From: Paragordius varius
Lineage: Eukaryota; Animalia; Nematomorpha
Direction: 5' to 3'
Assembly: GCA_964247055.1 (NCBI GenBank)
Contig: OZ176054.1
Span: 7,254,001-7,318,000 of the forward strand
DNA length: 64,000 bases
Under the pieces are notes generated by a model. It was not told the origin of the DNA and did no database searches. It worked only from the letters and a program-made list of their open reading frames with translations. The position numbers were made by a program, and so were the translations under genes. Of the stretch, positions 63,665 to 64,000 are shown one piece after another; the first letter of the stretch is position 1, and the number at the start of each line of letters is the position of its first letter.

Positions 63665-63692
63665 ATGCCCCGGCGCGGTTTGAGTTTCACTG
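63665..63692. mobile_element. Solo end fragment of the Buster-type hAT family
   Basis: cggcgcggtttgagtttcactg followed by attTAaat (nnnTAnnn pattern). Confidence 0.55.
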
Positions 63693-64000
63693 ATTTAAAT
63701 AAATGATTTACTTCGAGAAAGCAAAAAGCAAGTTTTGATTAGTTTTGAATGATGATTAAAGAATAAATAAAGATACACAATTAGATATAAAGCATCAAAT
63801 AATAAAACGATGTTATTCGGTATAATTATTCTGAGAGAAGATTCTAATAAATTTTGTTGACCTGTTGACAAAACCATCTTGGTATATATGATTCTGTTCT
63901 TTCATAATTTAAATTATTTCAGGAGTAAGGTGGAATGTTTTCAGTTTAAGCAAATCTCTTTAAAAAATTTATAAAATTAATTTTATTGTTGTTTTGAAAT

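Noticed and set aside
425-63877. Most short ORFs in the supplied track treated as independent genes
   Set aside because: They are RyR or RIOK1 exons read into introns, antisense shadows of real exons (e.g. 425-688, 11240-11509, 31955-32233, 44860-45051), transposon remnants, or AT-rich low-complexity frames with no motif.
62125-63960. Further gene at the right end of the window (33-60 codon frames)
   Set aside because: No recognisable motif and no consistent splice chain could be built on either strand.
1-64000. CRISPR array, rRNA, prokaryotic operon or non-standard genetic code
   Set aside because: No regularly spaced direct repeats or rRNA motifs. Genes are spliceosomal, and conserved exons contain no in-frame TAA/TAG/TGA under the standard code.

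Overview
Very AT-rich, intron-dense eukaryotic DNA from an invertebrate animal. The supplied ORF track mostly shows single exons read through into introns, so gene models were stitched by hand from splice sites, reading-frame phase and remembered homology; no alignment or database search was run. Six genes are supported. (1) The 3' part of a ryanodine receptor gene, about 64 exons, 445-30760 (+), running from the junctional/bridging solenoid through RyR repeats 3-4, the CaM-binding helix, EF-hands, TM helices, the GGGIGD filter and the C-terminal Zn finger. (2) An intronless LRR type-I membrane protein gene, 31059-32642 (+). (3) An atypical Cdc7/CK2-like kinase gene, 34622-35670 (-), with an apparent 1-nt frameshift. 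(4) RIO kinase 1, 39300-45479 (+). (5, 6) Two orphan secreted-protein genes not visible in the ORF track: a 101-aa protein made of two internal repeats (51252-55391, +) and a roughly 260-aa Cys-rich and Gly/Tyr-rich protein (58885-61360, -). Introns are bimodal: many are only 20-30 nt, others are kb-sized and filled with hAT and Tc1/mariner-type MITEs and RTE retroposon remnants. A decayed Buster/SPIN-type hAT lies at 55695-57961. No rRNA, tRNA or CRISPR array is supported. I found no evidence for a new multi-gene system. The best leads are the ultra-short introns, the two orphan secreted genes and the atypical kinase.
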